From Parasitella parasitica NRRL 2501 (taxonomy: Eukaryota; Fungi; Mucoromycota), in assembly GCA_025201805.1 (NCBI GenBank), contig MU619277.1:3828-67827 (forward strand): DNA of 64,000 bases, written 5' to 3'. Both the position numbers and the translations under genes were made by a program. Positions 1-11,697 of this stretch are shown piece by piece (the first letter of the stretch is position 1; each line of letters opens with the position of its first letter). The notes under the pieces are model-generated. The model was not told where the DNA came from and made no database searches. It was given only the letters and a program-made list of their open reading frames with translations.

Positions 1-89
1 TAAGTAGAACCCAAATAGATGGTTTCTTATACAAGACATTCTATTGAATACTTCTTCTATTTACTAGATAATAGAATAGTCGATGCCAT

Positions 90-162
90 TTAACCTTAGA
101 TCCGATTAGGAACGGTTGCCATGACAACTGAGTTGAAATAGTGGTAACCATGGTATTCTATG
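90..162 (-). repeat. Dispersed ~70 bp repeat, copy A (core GTTGTCATGGCAAC)
   Basis: Reverse complement reads catagaataccatggttaccactatttcaactcagttgtcatggcaaccgttcctaatcggatctaaggttaa; 45 of the first 52 nt match copy B at 8682. Confidence 0.85.
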
Positions 163-584
163 TGGATACAACAGTTTTGTTTGTGAAGCAATTATTTGTT
201 CTCCTAAGTTCGAATTGCCGAGACAAAATGTTTGTACAAAGGATATTCGTATTTGATTTAAGTAGTTGTGGAAGGGAGTTCAAGGAGATGTGTGTATGAA
301 CTGTGCAATTGAGGAAACCTCGACAGACATACAGCAGCACAAACAAAATGAAATCACAAAACCAGTGATGAACACAAAAAAAGCGGGAAAAAAAGGAGAA
401 ACAGGACATTTGCAAAAATAAAAGCAAAAAAAGAAAACGGCAACACAGACCAAAAGAAAAGGAAACTAAAAAAAAGAAGAGGGAAGAAAAAGGAGACAAA
501 TACAAACCACAAAAGGGCAATAGTATAAGAGACAGCAGAGAGAGACGAGGAGCAGCAGCAAAGAAACAAGATAGATTATAGATA

Positions 585-1628
585 TCAAACACCAGAAAAC
601 TCTGTCATTGGCGTATCTACAGCAGCAGACGAAAGAGGAGAGAGAACAGGCGATTCAGCATAGGCCAAAAGCTTGGCGGAACTAGCATCATGATGCAAGA
701 GGAAACCAAGATAACGCAAGCGTTGTTTCTTGGCAAGACGCTCTTGATCAGAGGATGGTGAGGCAGAAGGAAGAGAGGCAGCAGGACGCAGAGACAATTC
801 TTCAGCTAAAATAGCATCGAATTGTCGCTGGGTAATTTGCTCGTAGTGCAAAAACGAGCGAGCAACAGAAAGACGAACAGAGCGACGAACAAACGAAAGC
901 GCACGGAGACAACGACGGTTTTCTATCTCAATGGCCTTTTGAAGGCGAAGAGAGGGAGACAGAGAAGCAAATTTGGGATCCTTCAAGTTGACAGGATCGC
1001 AAGGATCGAAATCAACAAAAGGAGAGCAGCCACGACCGAATTTGTGCATAGCACTGGTGAAGGTGAGCACATACTCATTGTGGAGGAGGAAGGAGACGAT
1101 GTTTGGAACTGGATATTGGATATCCAGAACACGAGAGTTGTTTAATCCAAGAGCCTGAATCAAACGGCGGAGAACAGCAAGAGGACGACGAACAGAGATT
1201 TTCATATACACAAACCGATATCCCTGAGGAATACCGGTTGTGTTGGGCCCAAACAAACGACCAACAGTGGCAGCGGCCTTGGTGATGGATGGAGGTGGAG
1301 TAGCAGCAGGTTTCTTTTTTTGTTTTTTGCCGCCAGAGACGACAGAAGCAAAAGTAGGAGCAGTAGTGGCAGTAGCAGCAGCAGGAGCAGTAGCAGCTAC
1401 GACAGCATCAGAAGGAGAAACAGTTGGAGGGGGGGTAGTAGCACCCGAAACAAGCGCAAGCTTTGCTTCAAGAGCAAGACGAGCAGATTCAGATTCTGCT
1501 AGAGCAGCTCTTAGCTGAGAGATCTCGGCATGAGCTGCTTCTAGACGACTGAGACGATTTCTAACCTCTATTATAAAGGAAGAAATGTTCAAGTCGCCCT
1601 CAGATGAGGCAGAGGGAAGAGTTGTCAA
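585..1628 (-). mobile_element. Retroelement ORF1 (gag-like) of the Mucorales non-LTR/LINE type; no in-frame ATG at the 5' end and no ORF2 downstream
   Basis: 347-codon intronless ORF with an N-terminal coiled coil, an Ala/Thr/Pro linker with TFASVV, then GYRFVYM...LGLNNSRVLDIQYP...LLHNEY...FDPCDPVNLKDPKF, which I recall from Mucorales retroelement ORF1 proteins. Followed by a T-rich spacer. Confidence 0.7.
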
Positions 1629-3732
1629 GCCTGATGTGAACTACTGGCAGTCTTTCACACATCTTATTTGAATTAGTAAGACATTTCTTTATTAAGAACC
1701 GTGTCCTTGAGAACAACATTGAACATGACAAATATCACCATTAACATTCAACATATAAAGACAATTGTACACCTTTGTGCTCCTTATGAACCACAATCGT
1801 TACTGCTTTCCCATGAAGCCTAAATTGGAGACAATCCAGTTACTGCATTAGTAACATGAAATATACAGATTATATTTTATATAAATACATCCAAGATCTT
1901 TCAACTTGATGGATCTTGGCTTACATTTTTAACTTTGAATAAATATCGAAGAGTTATAATTGTATATCCTTTCCGCTTTTTTTATTATATTTTTTTATCG
2001 CAAAGCCAAAGTCAAATGATGAGGAGGAGGGTGAGTCCATCCGGGCAAAATTATTTGGCTGGGAGCGGGCGGCGGTGCTGGTGGTGGTGGGGTGTGCAGC
2101 GAAACGCAGTAAAAAAAGTGTAAAAAAGCAAGATACGATTAAAATCCTTCTTTATTTTGAAAGTAGATTGAATGTGCAATAAGCTGTTATTTTATATCTC
2201 TATTTATATTATTTGAGTGTCGTCTTACTAGCAGACAATGTTTCGTTATTTCTTAACCGTTCCATTATTCTTTATATGTTGTGTTATGAATTCTAATCAG
2301 CCGTTCTGGCTTAGTAGTAAACTATCATACTACTTGTTGGGTTGATTAGAGATGGTCATTCATCAGGTCAATAGGATAATTCTATCGTAGCTATTCTAAT
2401 CTTACGTGAGTGTGAATATTATTGAGTTGTTTATTGACGTTGTTGATCTAACGATGGATCAAGGACGGCATTTGAAACATAATTCTTATTCATGCGATTA
2501 GGAAGCTTTCATTGTTTGATGAATTGTTCCTTTTCAGGCTTTAGTTTGTGGCACAACAACATGCTATTTTGACATAATATGTCGATTTCTATCCCTGCTA
2601 TATTTGTTTATCTTTGTAGTCATAGCTTCTATTGTTGGGAAGATGACAATATTTTATGATGGGAATCTAGTCTTGTTCACTTCAGGGTGATCTGCCATAA
2701 TGTAGGTTAGGAGATCATGATAGTGTACTTCAATTAAAGATTGGAGATTGTCCAATGATGTGTTGTTATACTGGTCGAAACAGGAGAAAAAGTCTTTGTT
2801 TCAAATCAGGAAGGTTATCTGTAACACAGATCTGTATGATTGACAAACAATAAGGTACTGTCAGATCAAAGATCAATAACCTTGTAGTATAATAATATAT
2901 CGTACCCTGTTAAGGATATGATGTTGCTTGCAAATTATTCTTATCGATTAGTGTCGACTAGTATTTTAAATAAGTCACCAAAAATTTATGTTGTTGTAAA
3001 AAGTATAAATAGCAGATGCAAAGTTGAATCTTTAATAAAGTAATCTCAAGTTTTCGTATCTCGTTAATTCAACGTTTTATATTATACTTTTCTTATTTCG
3101 ATCTTGCAGATCTCAACATGGGGTTCTTTTTAGACTTTAGTTGCTGAGATAAATCCACAGCAAAAAAAGGTGGTGAAAGTGATGAAACTGGCCGTTTCTG
3201 ACCAGAAAAAGACGAAACTGACGAGGAGTCGGTAATTTTGTTTGTTTCCTTAATGGATACTATGATAGATCAAGTAAGGACAAATGGATGTATACAGTGA
3301 TGGCAATTTTTTGGATATATCTGAGATGGAATGTATACAAAAAATTGGTCAGCGGAAAGTGATACTCTGCGGTGCGGGTTTTGTGAAATTGGTAGCGATG
3401 TTTTGGAAAGATCTTGCAGTAAACAGGTCAATGCCGAGACTAATTAGACTGTTTTGCTGTTGTTTAAGTGTATATTATGTCGAATAACTAGACTGGTATG
3501 GTATCTCAGCGATAGAATAGCAAATAATTATATATGACAGTATTTTAAACGTAAGAAAGTTCGATTTATTTCAAATATGAAGCATAATTCCATATATATG
3601 TCTAAGATGAGACGTTCCCAGAATTCAACATCAGGTTCAGGAACGTAGCTTCAATTGGCTCAGACTCTGATCACGTGCGGGTAATCAATTAGCACCACTA
3701 AAAACAATTTACATCTGTAACAAAAAAAAAGT

Positions 3733-3803
3733 GCGCGGTTGGTTAAGTGGTATAATCTTCGCCTGCCACGCGAAGGGCCGGGGTTCGATTCCCCGATCGC
3801 GCA
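3733..3803 (+). tRNA. tRNA-Gly (GCC)
   Basis: Acceptor stem GCGCGGT/ATCGCGC+A, anticodon arm TTCGC-CTGCCAC-GCGAA, T-loop GGTTCGATTCC, followed by a T-run Pol III terminator. Confidence 0.97.
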
Positions 3804-4276
3804 TTTTTACATAAAGAAGTAGTGTACGTAGATATCCTTTTATGAATTAGGAAGCAATCATGATAAAACAAATGTGAATCAACATTAGTTCAATTTTTAT
3901 TATTTAAAAAAATGATTCATTGTTTATCATTATTATTGCAACACCACGAACATTTCTTTCAATCACATTAAAATAGAGTAATGTTTATTTTTAATACAAA
4001 AAATTATGAGGAAATCAAAATAAAGTGAGTATTTTGAAGGTGCTGTACAAGGAAAGATAGTGAAATTGAGTCAAATAAAACTAGCGATGGAAATGGAATG
4101 TTATGAAGTTGTCAAAAAAGAAATTAAACGTCAATTTTGCTGCTCGAGTAAAAAAAAAGGGGGGGGGGATATATGATTATAACTTAGTTGAAATGATAAA
4201 GAAACAAGCGAACTTCCAATTGATACTTCTATTGTAAATATATCCACCATATTAACTTCCAATTGATAGAAGTTAT

Positions 4277-4645
4277 TTATTTGGAGCTAGTGTACTTTGT
4301 GACAGCCTTGGTACCTTCAGAGACAGCGTGCTTGGCGAGTTCACCAGGAAGAATGAGACGAACAGCAGTTTGAATTTCGCGAGAAGAGATGGTAGAACGC
4401 TTGTTATAAGCAGCTAATTTAGAAGCTTCAGTGGCGATACGTTCAAAGATATCGTTAACAAAAGAGTTCAAGATGGACATTGCCTTGTTGGAGATACCGG
4501 TATCAGGGTGTACTTGCTTCAAGACCTTATAGATATAAGAGGAATAAGTCTCGCGACGAGAGATTTTTCTTTTCTTGCCATCAGTAGATTTGACTTTGGT
4601 AGTCTTAGCGGGGGCCTTGCCAGCAGTGGAATCCTTAGGAGCCAT
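4277..4645 (-). CDS. HTB: Histone H2B (intronless)
   Basis: [40 protein letters not shown]...AVTKYTSSK. Confidence 0.99.
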   Translation of the reverse strand: MAPKDSTAGKAPAKTTKVKSTDGKKRKISRRETYSSYIYKVLKQVHPDTGISNKAMSILNSFVNDIFERIATEASKLAAYNKRSTISSREIQTAVRLILPGELAKHAVSEGTKAVTKYTSSK

Positions 4646-5062
4646 GTTTAAATGTAATAAATTTTATTTAGAGGAAAAAAAAAAGAAAAATCGAAAGCAT
4701 TGTGAAATTTACTCGTCTCTTATATATTCAATTTACGNNNNNNNNNNNNNNNNNNNNAAAAAAAAAAAAAAAGAAAAAATGCGTACCCTTAAAGCGTGAA
4801 AAATCTACAATTTTGTATATCTTCTTAATGCCTTATTGAGCCATTGCCATTGATATTATATGACCTTTTCTTATTTAAAGAATATAATATACCGAGATTG
4901 AAACACGTCTAATCACGTAGATAAAATCATTTTGGATATATCTCAAAGGTCTTTTTTTTTTTTAAAAAAAAGCAAAACAGCAAAAAGTCACGTGATGTTT
5001 AGTATATATAGTGGCTATTCAATACATTCTTTTCTTCTTTTTTCACATAAAATCATACAAAC

Positions 5063-5458
5063 ATGTCTGGTGGTAAATCTGGTGGAAAATCTGCTTCTGG
5101 CTCAAAGTCTCAAACTCGTTCGGCTAAGGCTGGTCTCCAATTCCCTGTCGGTCGTATCCATCGTCTTCTGCGTCGTGGTAATTATGCCCAACGTGTTGGT
5201 GCTGGTGCTCCCGTTTATCTTGCTGCTGTTCTCGAATATCTTGCTGCTGAAATCCTTGAGTTGGCTGGTAATGCTGCTCGTGATAACAAGAAGTCTCGTA
5301 TCATTCCTCGTCATTTGCAATTAGCCATCCGTAATGATGAAGAATTAAACAAACTCCTTGGCCATGTCACCATTGCTCAAGGTGGTGTTCTTCCTAACAT
5401 TCATGCTTCTTTATTGCCCACTAAATCAAAGAAGGCTGGTGCATCTCAAGAACTCTAA
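5063..5458 (+). CDS. HTA: Histone H2A (intronless, C-terminal SQEL)
   Basis: [42 protein letters not shown]; ends ASQEL; divergent from H2B. Confidence 0.99.
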   Translation: MSGGKSGGKSASGSKSQTRSAKAGLQFPVGRIHRLLRRGNYAQRVGAGAPVYLAAVLEYLAAEILELAGNAARDNKKSRIIPRHLQLAIRNDEELNKLLGHVTIAQGGVLPNIHASLLPTKSKKAGASQEL

Positions 5459-5612
5459 ATGCATTACTATCTTGATTGCTTGCTTTTTCAAATATTTTTA
5501 TACTCTTTAACCCAAACACGATCAACTACATTTCCTCATTATATTTGTACATAACACCTTGGTTAGTTGCTGATTTTTTACGAAAATTTGAATTAAACAT
5601 TCCTTTATTATA

Positions 5613-6422
5613 TTAAATGTTATCTAATTCGTCTTCAAAAGATGGTAGTTCAATTACACAGTTCTTATCGAAATTAAACTTGACACGTTTCTTTTTTTTT
5701 CTAATAGTGCTAATTTTAGTAGATACAGAAGATGATTGTGTGATCTTCTTGTTTGTCCCATTCACAATTTGCCGTCTTATAACCAATCTTGCCTCTCTTG
5801 CTTCTCTTTCTTCTCTAACTTTCCAAATCTTGATCTGATCTGCTCTTTTCGCTTGTCTCTTTCTCTTTTCAGTGAGTGACATTGGTTTGGTCATGGGCTC
5901 ATCCTCTTCTTCCTCTTCTCCTGCTTTCAACGAAGATGTTTGCATTTTTGTTGTTGTATTTTTCTTCTTTTTGAGCACAAATCTTTTCATGGGCGTGCAA
6001 GGAGATTTGTGGGTGCTTATTACAGCCTTTTCAATAGAAATGGGTTTAGTTATCTGCTGTTCTGAGTAAGCTATAGTGGGTAAAGGGGGTGTTGATTGTG
6101 ATTTTTGAGGTGAAACATCAGTTGCGATGGTCGTTGTGATAGTAGTTGTGGTTGCTGTGTTCATTAATGTTGTATGTTCTTGCATAGTAATCATTTTTAT
6201 TGGCACTGAGCAGGACTTTCTAGGTATCATTATATTCTTTGTATTGTTGGTATGAAATAAAGCCTTTAGTGAGATAGCTGATGGAGGGTAAAGACCTTTT
6301 GCAGTGATCAAAGTAGGAACAAACAAGCTTGAGGGAGGCTTTATATTTGTATTAGATATGAAGAACACTTTTCTCGTCGTTTCACTAATCGAATGACTGG
6401 TTTTAAGTTTACTTTCATTCAT
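5613..6422 (-). CDS. Hypothetical basic, largely disordered protein with C-terminal RVxF motif
   Basis: 269-aa ATG-initiated intronless ORF in AT-rich DNA; charged helix KRKRQAKRADQIKIWKVREEREAREAR; ends KKKKRVKFNFDKNCVIELPSFEDELDNI. Confidence 0.7.
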   Translation of the reverse strand: MNESKLKTSHSISETTRKVFFISNTNIKPPSSLFVPTLITAKGLYPPSAISLKALFHTNNTKNIMIPRKSCSVPIKMITMQEHTTLMNTATTTTITTTIATDVSPQKSQSTPPLPTIAYSEQQITKPISIEKAVISTHKSPCTPMKRFVLKKKKNTTTKMQTSSLKAGEEEEEDEPMTKPMSLTEKRKRQAKRADQIKIWKVREEREAREARLVIRRQIVNGTNKKITQSSSVSTKISTIRKKKKRVKFNFDKNCVIELPSFEDELDNI

Positions 6423-6752
6423 TGATGTTCGAAGGTGCCATGAAAATCCAATACTATAACAATAAAATTTAAGGAGAAAAAAGAGGCAACATGTAGGATT
6501 TTCTCCATGTATCAGGCAATTTCACTGTGACCACTAACAACTCTTGCAGATACCAAAGCATTCAAATTGGAGATTGGGAAAACCAACTTGGAAAACCATG
6601 CAGGCTAAATTATATTTATTTACAGAATGCCAGGTGAAAAAAATAAAAAAATGATTGGAGAGAATGAAATAATAATTGCTTATTATGTAGTGTTCCTTTT
6701 TTTGATCGATAATAGCGAGATCATTAAAATGTACCGGTATATTGCATTGGGT

Positions 6753-7076
<324 letters not shown>

Positions 7077-7139
7077 TTACTTTACTTTTGAAAGTTTATA
7101 AAGAATAAAAAAAGGAGGAAATGTTCTTACAGTGAAAAG

Positions 7140-7440
7140 CCAAAGCACGAAATTCTGGAGACAGCTCGTTAGGCCTTATATATATCGATTTAATTTAATT
7201 ACCGATATCTTTTTAGTTAAAAAAAAGATACATCTTTCTGTAGAAGTGAAATTAATTTTTCGCGAGTAAAAATTGTAGTGCAAAACATGTACACATTTTT
7301 CATTCTATAAGAAAAAAAGCGCCAAAAAAAAACGCTTTGCTTTTCTAAAAAAAAACATGAGTCTACTACTAGATCAAAATGCAATCAGTTACCATAACAA
7401 CACATCATGCTTGCCATGGCAACACATTGTTGCCTACTTG
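7140..7440. promoter_or_regulatory. H4/H3 bidirectional promoter with SCB-like, E2F-like and RFX X-box-like motifs
   Basis: CACGAAA 7146-7152, TTTCGCG 7258-7264, GCGCCAAA 7319-7326, GTTACCATAACAAC 7388-7401, CTTGCCATGGCAAC 7410-7423. Confidence 0.5.
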
Positions 7441-7732
7441 TATGTTCACTACGGTCTAATTATTTATTTATTATTGAGTTGATGTGTTTTGGGACTTCGC
7501 TAAAACCTTTTTTTTTTTTTTNNNNNNNNNNAAAAAAAAATACACCTTGATTTTCCAGTGCATATTTTACGACGCGCTTAAATACATACCATTTTTAAAG
7601 CAAAAAAAAACATAATCAATTGCTACCAAATTAAGAATCTATGATACAGTATTTGAGTGACCTTTTGTGAAAGTATAAAAATAACTAATTCTTCCCCAAA
7701 TCGATTTCGTTTTTTAATTCTTCAAAAACTAA

Positions 7733-8155
<423 letters not shown>

Positions 8156-8681
8156 ATTATTCTGCAAATAATCGATATTACAATACTATCTCACCACCAT
8201 TAACCATGCATTTCTTTAATATTCTCCTATAATATAACTTCGTCTTTTCCATATACACACAACTACGTTATTCGAAAAACAAAAAACCAGTTAGTATTTC
8301 TTTTTTGTTATCTGTACAGTCTCTAAATAAATTGATTTTTTTTTAAAGAAAACAGATCATCTTTGAGCCTTTTTTAATAGGACTTCTGCGGCGACATGAA
8401 TACATATTCCTACTATCATTGTCCATACTATCGACCAATCCTTAAAGAAAATTTGCACAACATAAACAAAACTGACATGCATTTTAAAAGTTTTTTTTGG
8501 ACATTGTTATTTATTGAATACTTGAATTCAATAAGGATCGGCTGGCTCGGTTGGATAGGCAATATTTGATGAATTCATATCGCAACCCCTACAAGACCTT
8601 CTCAAAATGACCTTACATTCCACATGGACTCATAACAGAATTACTAGCAGCTAGCTGGTCTTCAGTAATATTTGTTATATT

Positions 8682-8755
8682 CATAGAATACAATGGTTAC
8701 CATTGTTTTGACTACGTTGTCATGGCAACCGTTTCTGGAACGAATATATTGTTAA
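8682..8755 (+). repeat. Dispersed repeat, copy B
   Basis: catagaatacaatggttaccattgttttgactacgttgtcatggcaaccgtt...gttaa; inverted relative to copy A. Confidence 0.85.
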
Positions 8756-8810
8756 ATTTTGCTGGTGATTCTATTTAGTAAATGATAATAGAAAGTGTTG
8801 TACCGATTGT

Positions 8811-8877
8811 GAACAATCGTTACTATCATTTCGACACAATTGCTATGAAAACCGTTCCTTTTCGGATCTAATGTTAA
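8811..8877 (+). repeat. Dispersed repeat, copy C (diverged)
   Basis: gaacaatcgttactatcatttcgacacaattgctatgaaaaccgttccttttcggatctaatgttaa; its 3' part closely matches the tail of copy A (accgttcct...cggatctaa.gttaa). Confidence 0.7.
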
Positions 8878-9316
8878 ACCTAGTATAGCCAGATTGTGGT
8901 AGAAAAAATGTTTTTAGATATCAGCACTATTAGCTATGAAATAATAAATAAACAATATAACCTTCACGGTTGCTCTGGTTCTTGTTTTTTTTTTACTTTA
9001 AATCTGCGTATCATAGAAGTAAATGAAGCAGAATCAAGTGTTTTTATCTTTTGTTTTGAATTCTTTACACTAGGCATCGGTATTTTCAATCAATTTACAA
9101 TTGCTTCAGGAAGAGAACTGCCCTGCTGCACAGCACATTCAAATTCGGGAGTCTACATACTGGAGCTAACTTGTATTCAATAGGAACGTGACATATGATA
9201 AAATCTGAATAGTAGGCCGATTCGTACTTGTATTGATTGCGTTCATCATACCCGCTCAATCTGCATGTGTTCTTCTGATATGGCCCTGCCTTCCCCATGA
9301 GCGACATTGTTGTATA

Positions 9317-9368
9317 TATAGGATACAATGGGTTACCATTATTTTTACATCCGTCGTCATGGCAACCT
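9317..9368 (+). repeat. Dispersed repeat, copy D (partial)
   Basis: tataggatacaatgggttaccattatttttacatccgtcgtcatggcaacct. Confidence 0.7.
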
Positions 9369-9535
9369 TCAAATATGACCTGACTGTATCCATGGATCGA
9401 TTCATGTAGATTTAGTCAATATAAATATACAACTTCCTTCCAAACAACAAATGCATTAATTTTGTATCTGAGAAATACATAATCTCTATTGTTTCCCTCT
9501 TTTTTATCATGTGCACAACAGGCATAGTATATCTC

Positions 9536-9760
9536 CTACAATGGAAAATACGTGTTGTTGTGAGTATGATGACAAGCATTATCTTCTAATAAAGAAATTT
9601 CCTTGTCAATCATAATGTTGAAAGATGAAGGAATATTTACCCTTGAAAGGACAAAATAAGTTGTCCGTGACATAAAGTGTAAGGTACAATCTAACTGAAG
9701 TTGATGTTTATTCTTGAGTATTAATGATGATCATTAAAAAGGCCAATGGATTAAGAATTG
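9536..9760 (-). mobile_element. Decayed Helitron-type Pif1 helicase C-terminal fragment
   Basis: Allowing frameshifts and one stop, it reads QFLIH/LAFLMIIINTQE*TSTSVRLYL../HGQL/YFVLSRVNIPSSFNIMID...HNNTYFPL*, matching the Pif1/RepHel consensus QFPIRLAFAMTINKSQGQTL..VGLYL...HGQLYVALSRV. Confidence 0.75.
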
Positions 9761-10925
9761 AATTTACCTCATACTTCTTGTTTTGAAGAATAGATAAAGG
9801 CCAAAGCCCGCATTATGGTTTTCAGCGATTAGTTGAATCAAAGTTATAAATCACTAGCCTAGCGCATAAATTGAGTCAACAACCTATATGGCCCTCTCTT
9901 CCGCAGAAAGAGCAAACAATTGGTGGTATACATTCCTCAGCAACACCATCCAATAATCACAACATTAGAAACTGCCCGTATCCTCGCCGTATAGTCTTTT
10001 TGTGATCGACATTGATGTCAAGATCGATAACGCCTTTTACAAATCATTACATTCTCTTCGACTACAGGTTTTGTTTCAAAACCGCAAGACAGATGCCCTA
10101 AATCTCAGCCATCAAAAACTTTCATTTAGGAACTTCAGATTTCCGTTGAAGTAGGATTATTTTGGGACAAATTACTTGGATAATATAAGAAGGAGCAAAT
10201 AGGTATTGTATTTTAGGACGGAACGCTTTCAATAATGTTTAATACTGCTGAAGTTTTTGTTTTGGAATCTTCGAAGCGTAATTACTGGAACGTCCTCAAG
10301 TTAAAGAGGATGGCAAACAAAAATGCAATTGACATACAAGAGGCTTCAACTTCGCGATTTAGAGATTCGGTATTGCAAGGCTGCAACACTAAAGCCAAAG
10401 CAAAGAAACCTGCAGCCGCTGGAGATGAATATAACTTCGAAATCGCGGTGTTGTAGTTGATGGAATGGAAAAGAGTGTTGGATCCACTATAAATACAGAG
10501 GCTGTAAAATTGGCTAAAGGTAAAAAGACAATTTGAACTTACGCGAGGAAGAGAAGAATTTGGTACACGGATCTCGTACGATGCCACTACTATCTGGAAA
10601 TGTTGAAGAGCATTTGAGGGAGATTGAGCAGGTAGAAGAAGAAAAAACCGCCTTTTAGCGCTGGAACGACTGCACATAGCACTTGCGACAGATTAAATAA
10701 CCATGTTTGTAATTTACAACAAACAGATTAATCCAACCTTCCAGGAAATGCCCTAACTTACATATTCAAACAATAACATACCCAAGCATCCAAATCCATT
10801 ATTCAACATCTTCCCTTCAAATCGAAGGTTTCTTTTATTTATTTATTTATAGAACAATTTAGTTAAACATGGATATGATATTAGTAATGTACAAAAAGCT
10901 GATGAAATAGAAGAGATTAGGTCAT

Positions 10926-11336
10926 TCAGGTTGTTAATCTAGTGTTGCTTGATCTCTTAATCTTAGATTTATCTTCTGGCGTTGTCTTCACATCAGCCAA
11001 CTTTTTCATGATAGTAAGTTTACCAACAGCATTAGCCTTGACTGACATTTGTCTTTCGATATTCTTATTGATTTCAGCAGTGAGTTTCTATACCCTTATA
11101 AATTAAGTAATCTACATATAAAATGGGAAAGATTTCAGTATCAAACCTTATCCAGTGCTGTCTGCTTAATCAAAGAAGCTTGCTTGGGCGGGATTTTTCT
11201 AGCTACATGATTGATGAATTGACAGCACATCAGATGCGAATAGATACTTACATCCTTTCTTCATAACGCCTTTTTTCTCTCGACCACCTTTTTGCTTGGG
11301 CTTCCCCGGCTTTTTCGTTTTAGACCCTTGAACCAT
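10926..11336 (-). CDS. UPF0390/DUF2462 (C19orf53-like) small basic protein, 3 exons; missing from the ORF track
   Basis: Hand splicing of two GT-AG introns gives MVQGSKTKKPGKPKQKGGREKKGVMKKGSRKIPPKQASLIKQTALDKKLTAEINKNIERQMSVKANAVGKLTIMKK... Confidence 0.8.
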
Positions 11337-11697
11337 TTTTGTTTGAGGAAAAGAACAAGGAAAAAATGAAAAGCTGCTCTCCTTCTTCTTCAGTATAGAA
11401 ACTTAGCCACCCTTTTGCATTATATTGCCTCGAAGTCGAAAAAAAATAGCGTAAAAGCAGTCTGTGGAATCCCTACTTGCAATTGTCTTGCACCAATGCA
11501 TTGAAAGAATGTCCTTTAAGCCACATGTCAACAGCTTTAGACAGTGTTGCGTTTTAAAACATTTTTTTTTCTTCGACGATTGATGTCTTCTTTTTTGTCA
11601 ATTTTTCATTTTTGATTTTGTGGACTCTTGGAAACAAAATCAAGTTATATAATTTATCCCAGAAACCTTTACAAAAAAAAAGAAGAAACAACACATA

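Noticed and set aside
158-592. Phe/Leu-rich ORFs after the retroelement ORF1
   Set aside because: Translation of a T-rich low-complexity spacer; no endonuclease or RT motifs.
2028-2110. G-rich island (gggtgagtccatccggg...ggtggtggtgggg) as a TIR or G-quadruplex
   Set aside because: Only a 9-nt inverted match near 8624, expected by chance; no partner end found.
2740-2840. DVLLYWSKQEK resembling a hAT dimerisation domain
   Set aside because: Too short, and the downstream conserved residues are missing.
5459-5612. Animal-type histone 3' stem-loop after the histone genes
   Set aside because: No GGCTCTTTTCAGAGCC-like hairpin seen downstream of any of the four genes.
8640-8660. CTAG and the CAGCTAGCTG palindrome as a Helitron 3' end
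   Set aside because: No GC-rich hairpin at the expected distance from CTAG.
9095-9328. 77-aa ORF between repeat copies
   Set aside because: Non-ATG start, no motif, and lies in TE debris.
8682-9368. Repeat copies B-D as a CRISPR-like array
   Set aside because: Eukaryotic context, diverged copies, irregular spacing and no cas genes.
10235-10680. Short ORFs left of UPF0390
   Set aside because: Interrupted by stops with no assignable family; at most a decayed gene.
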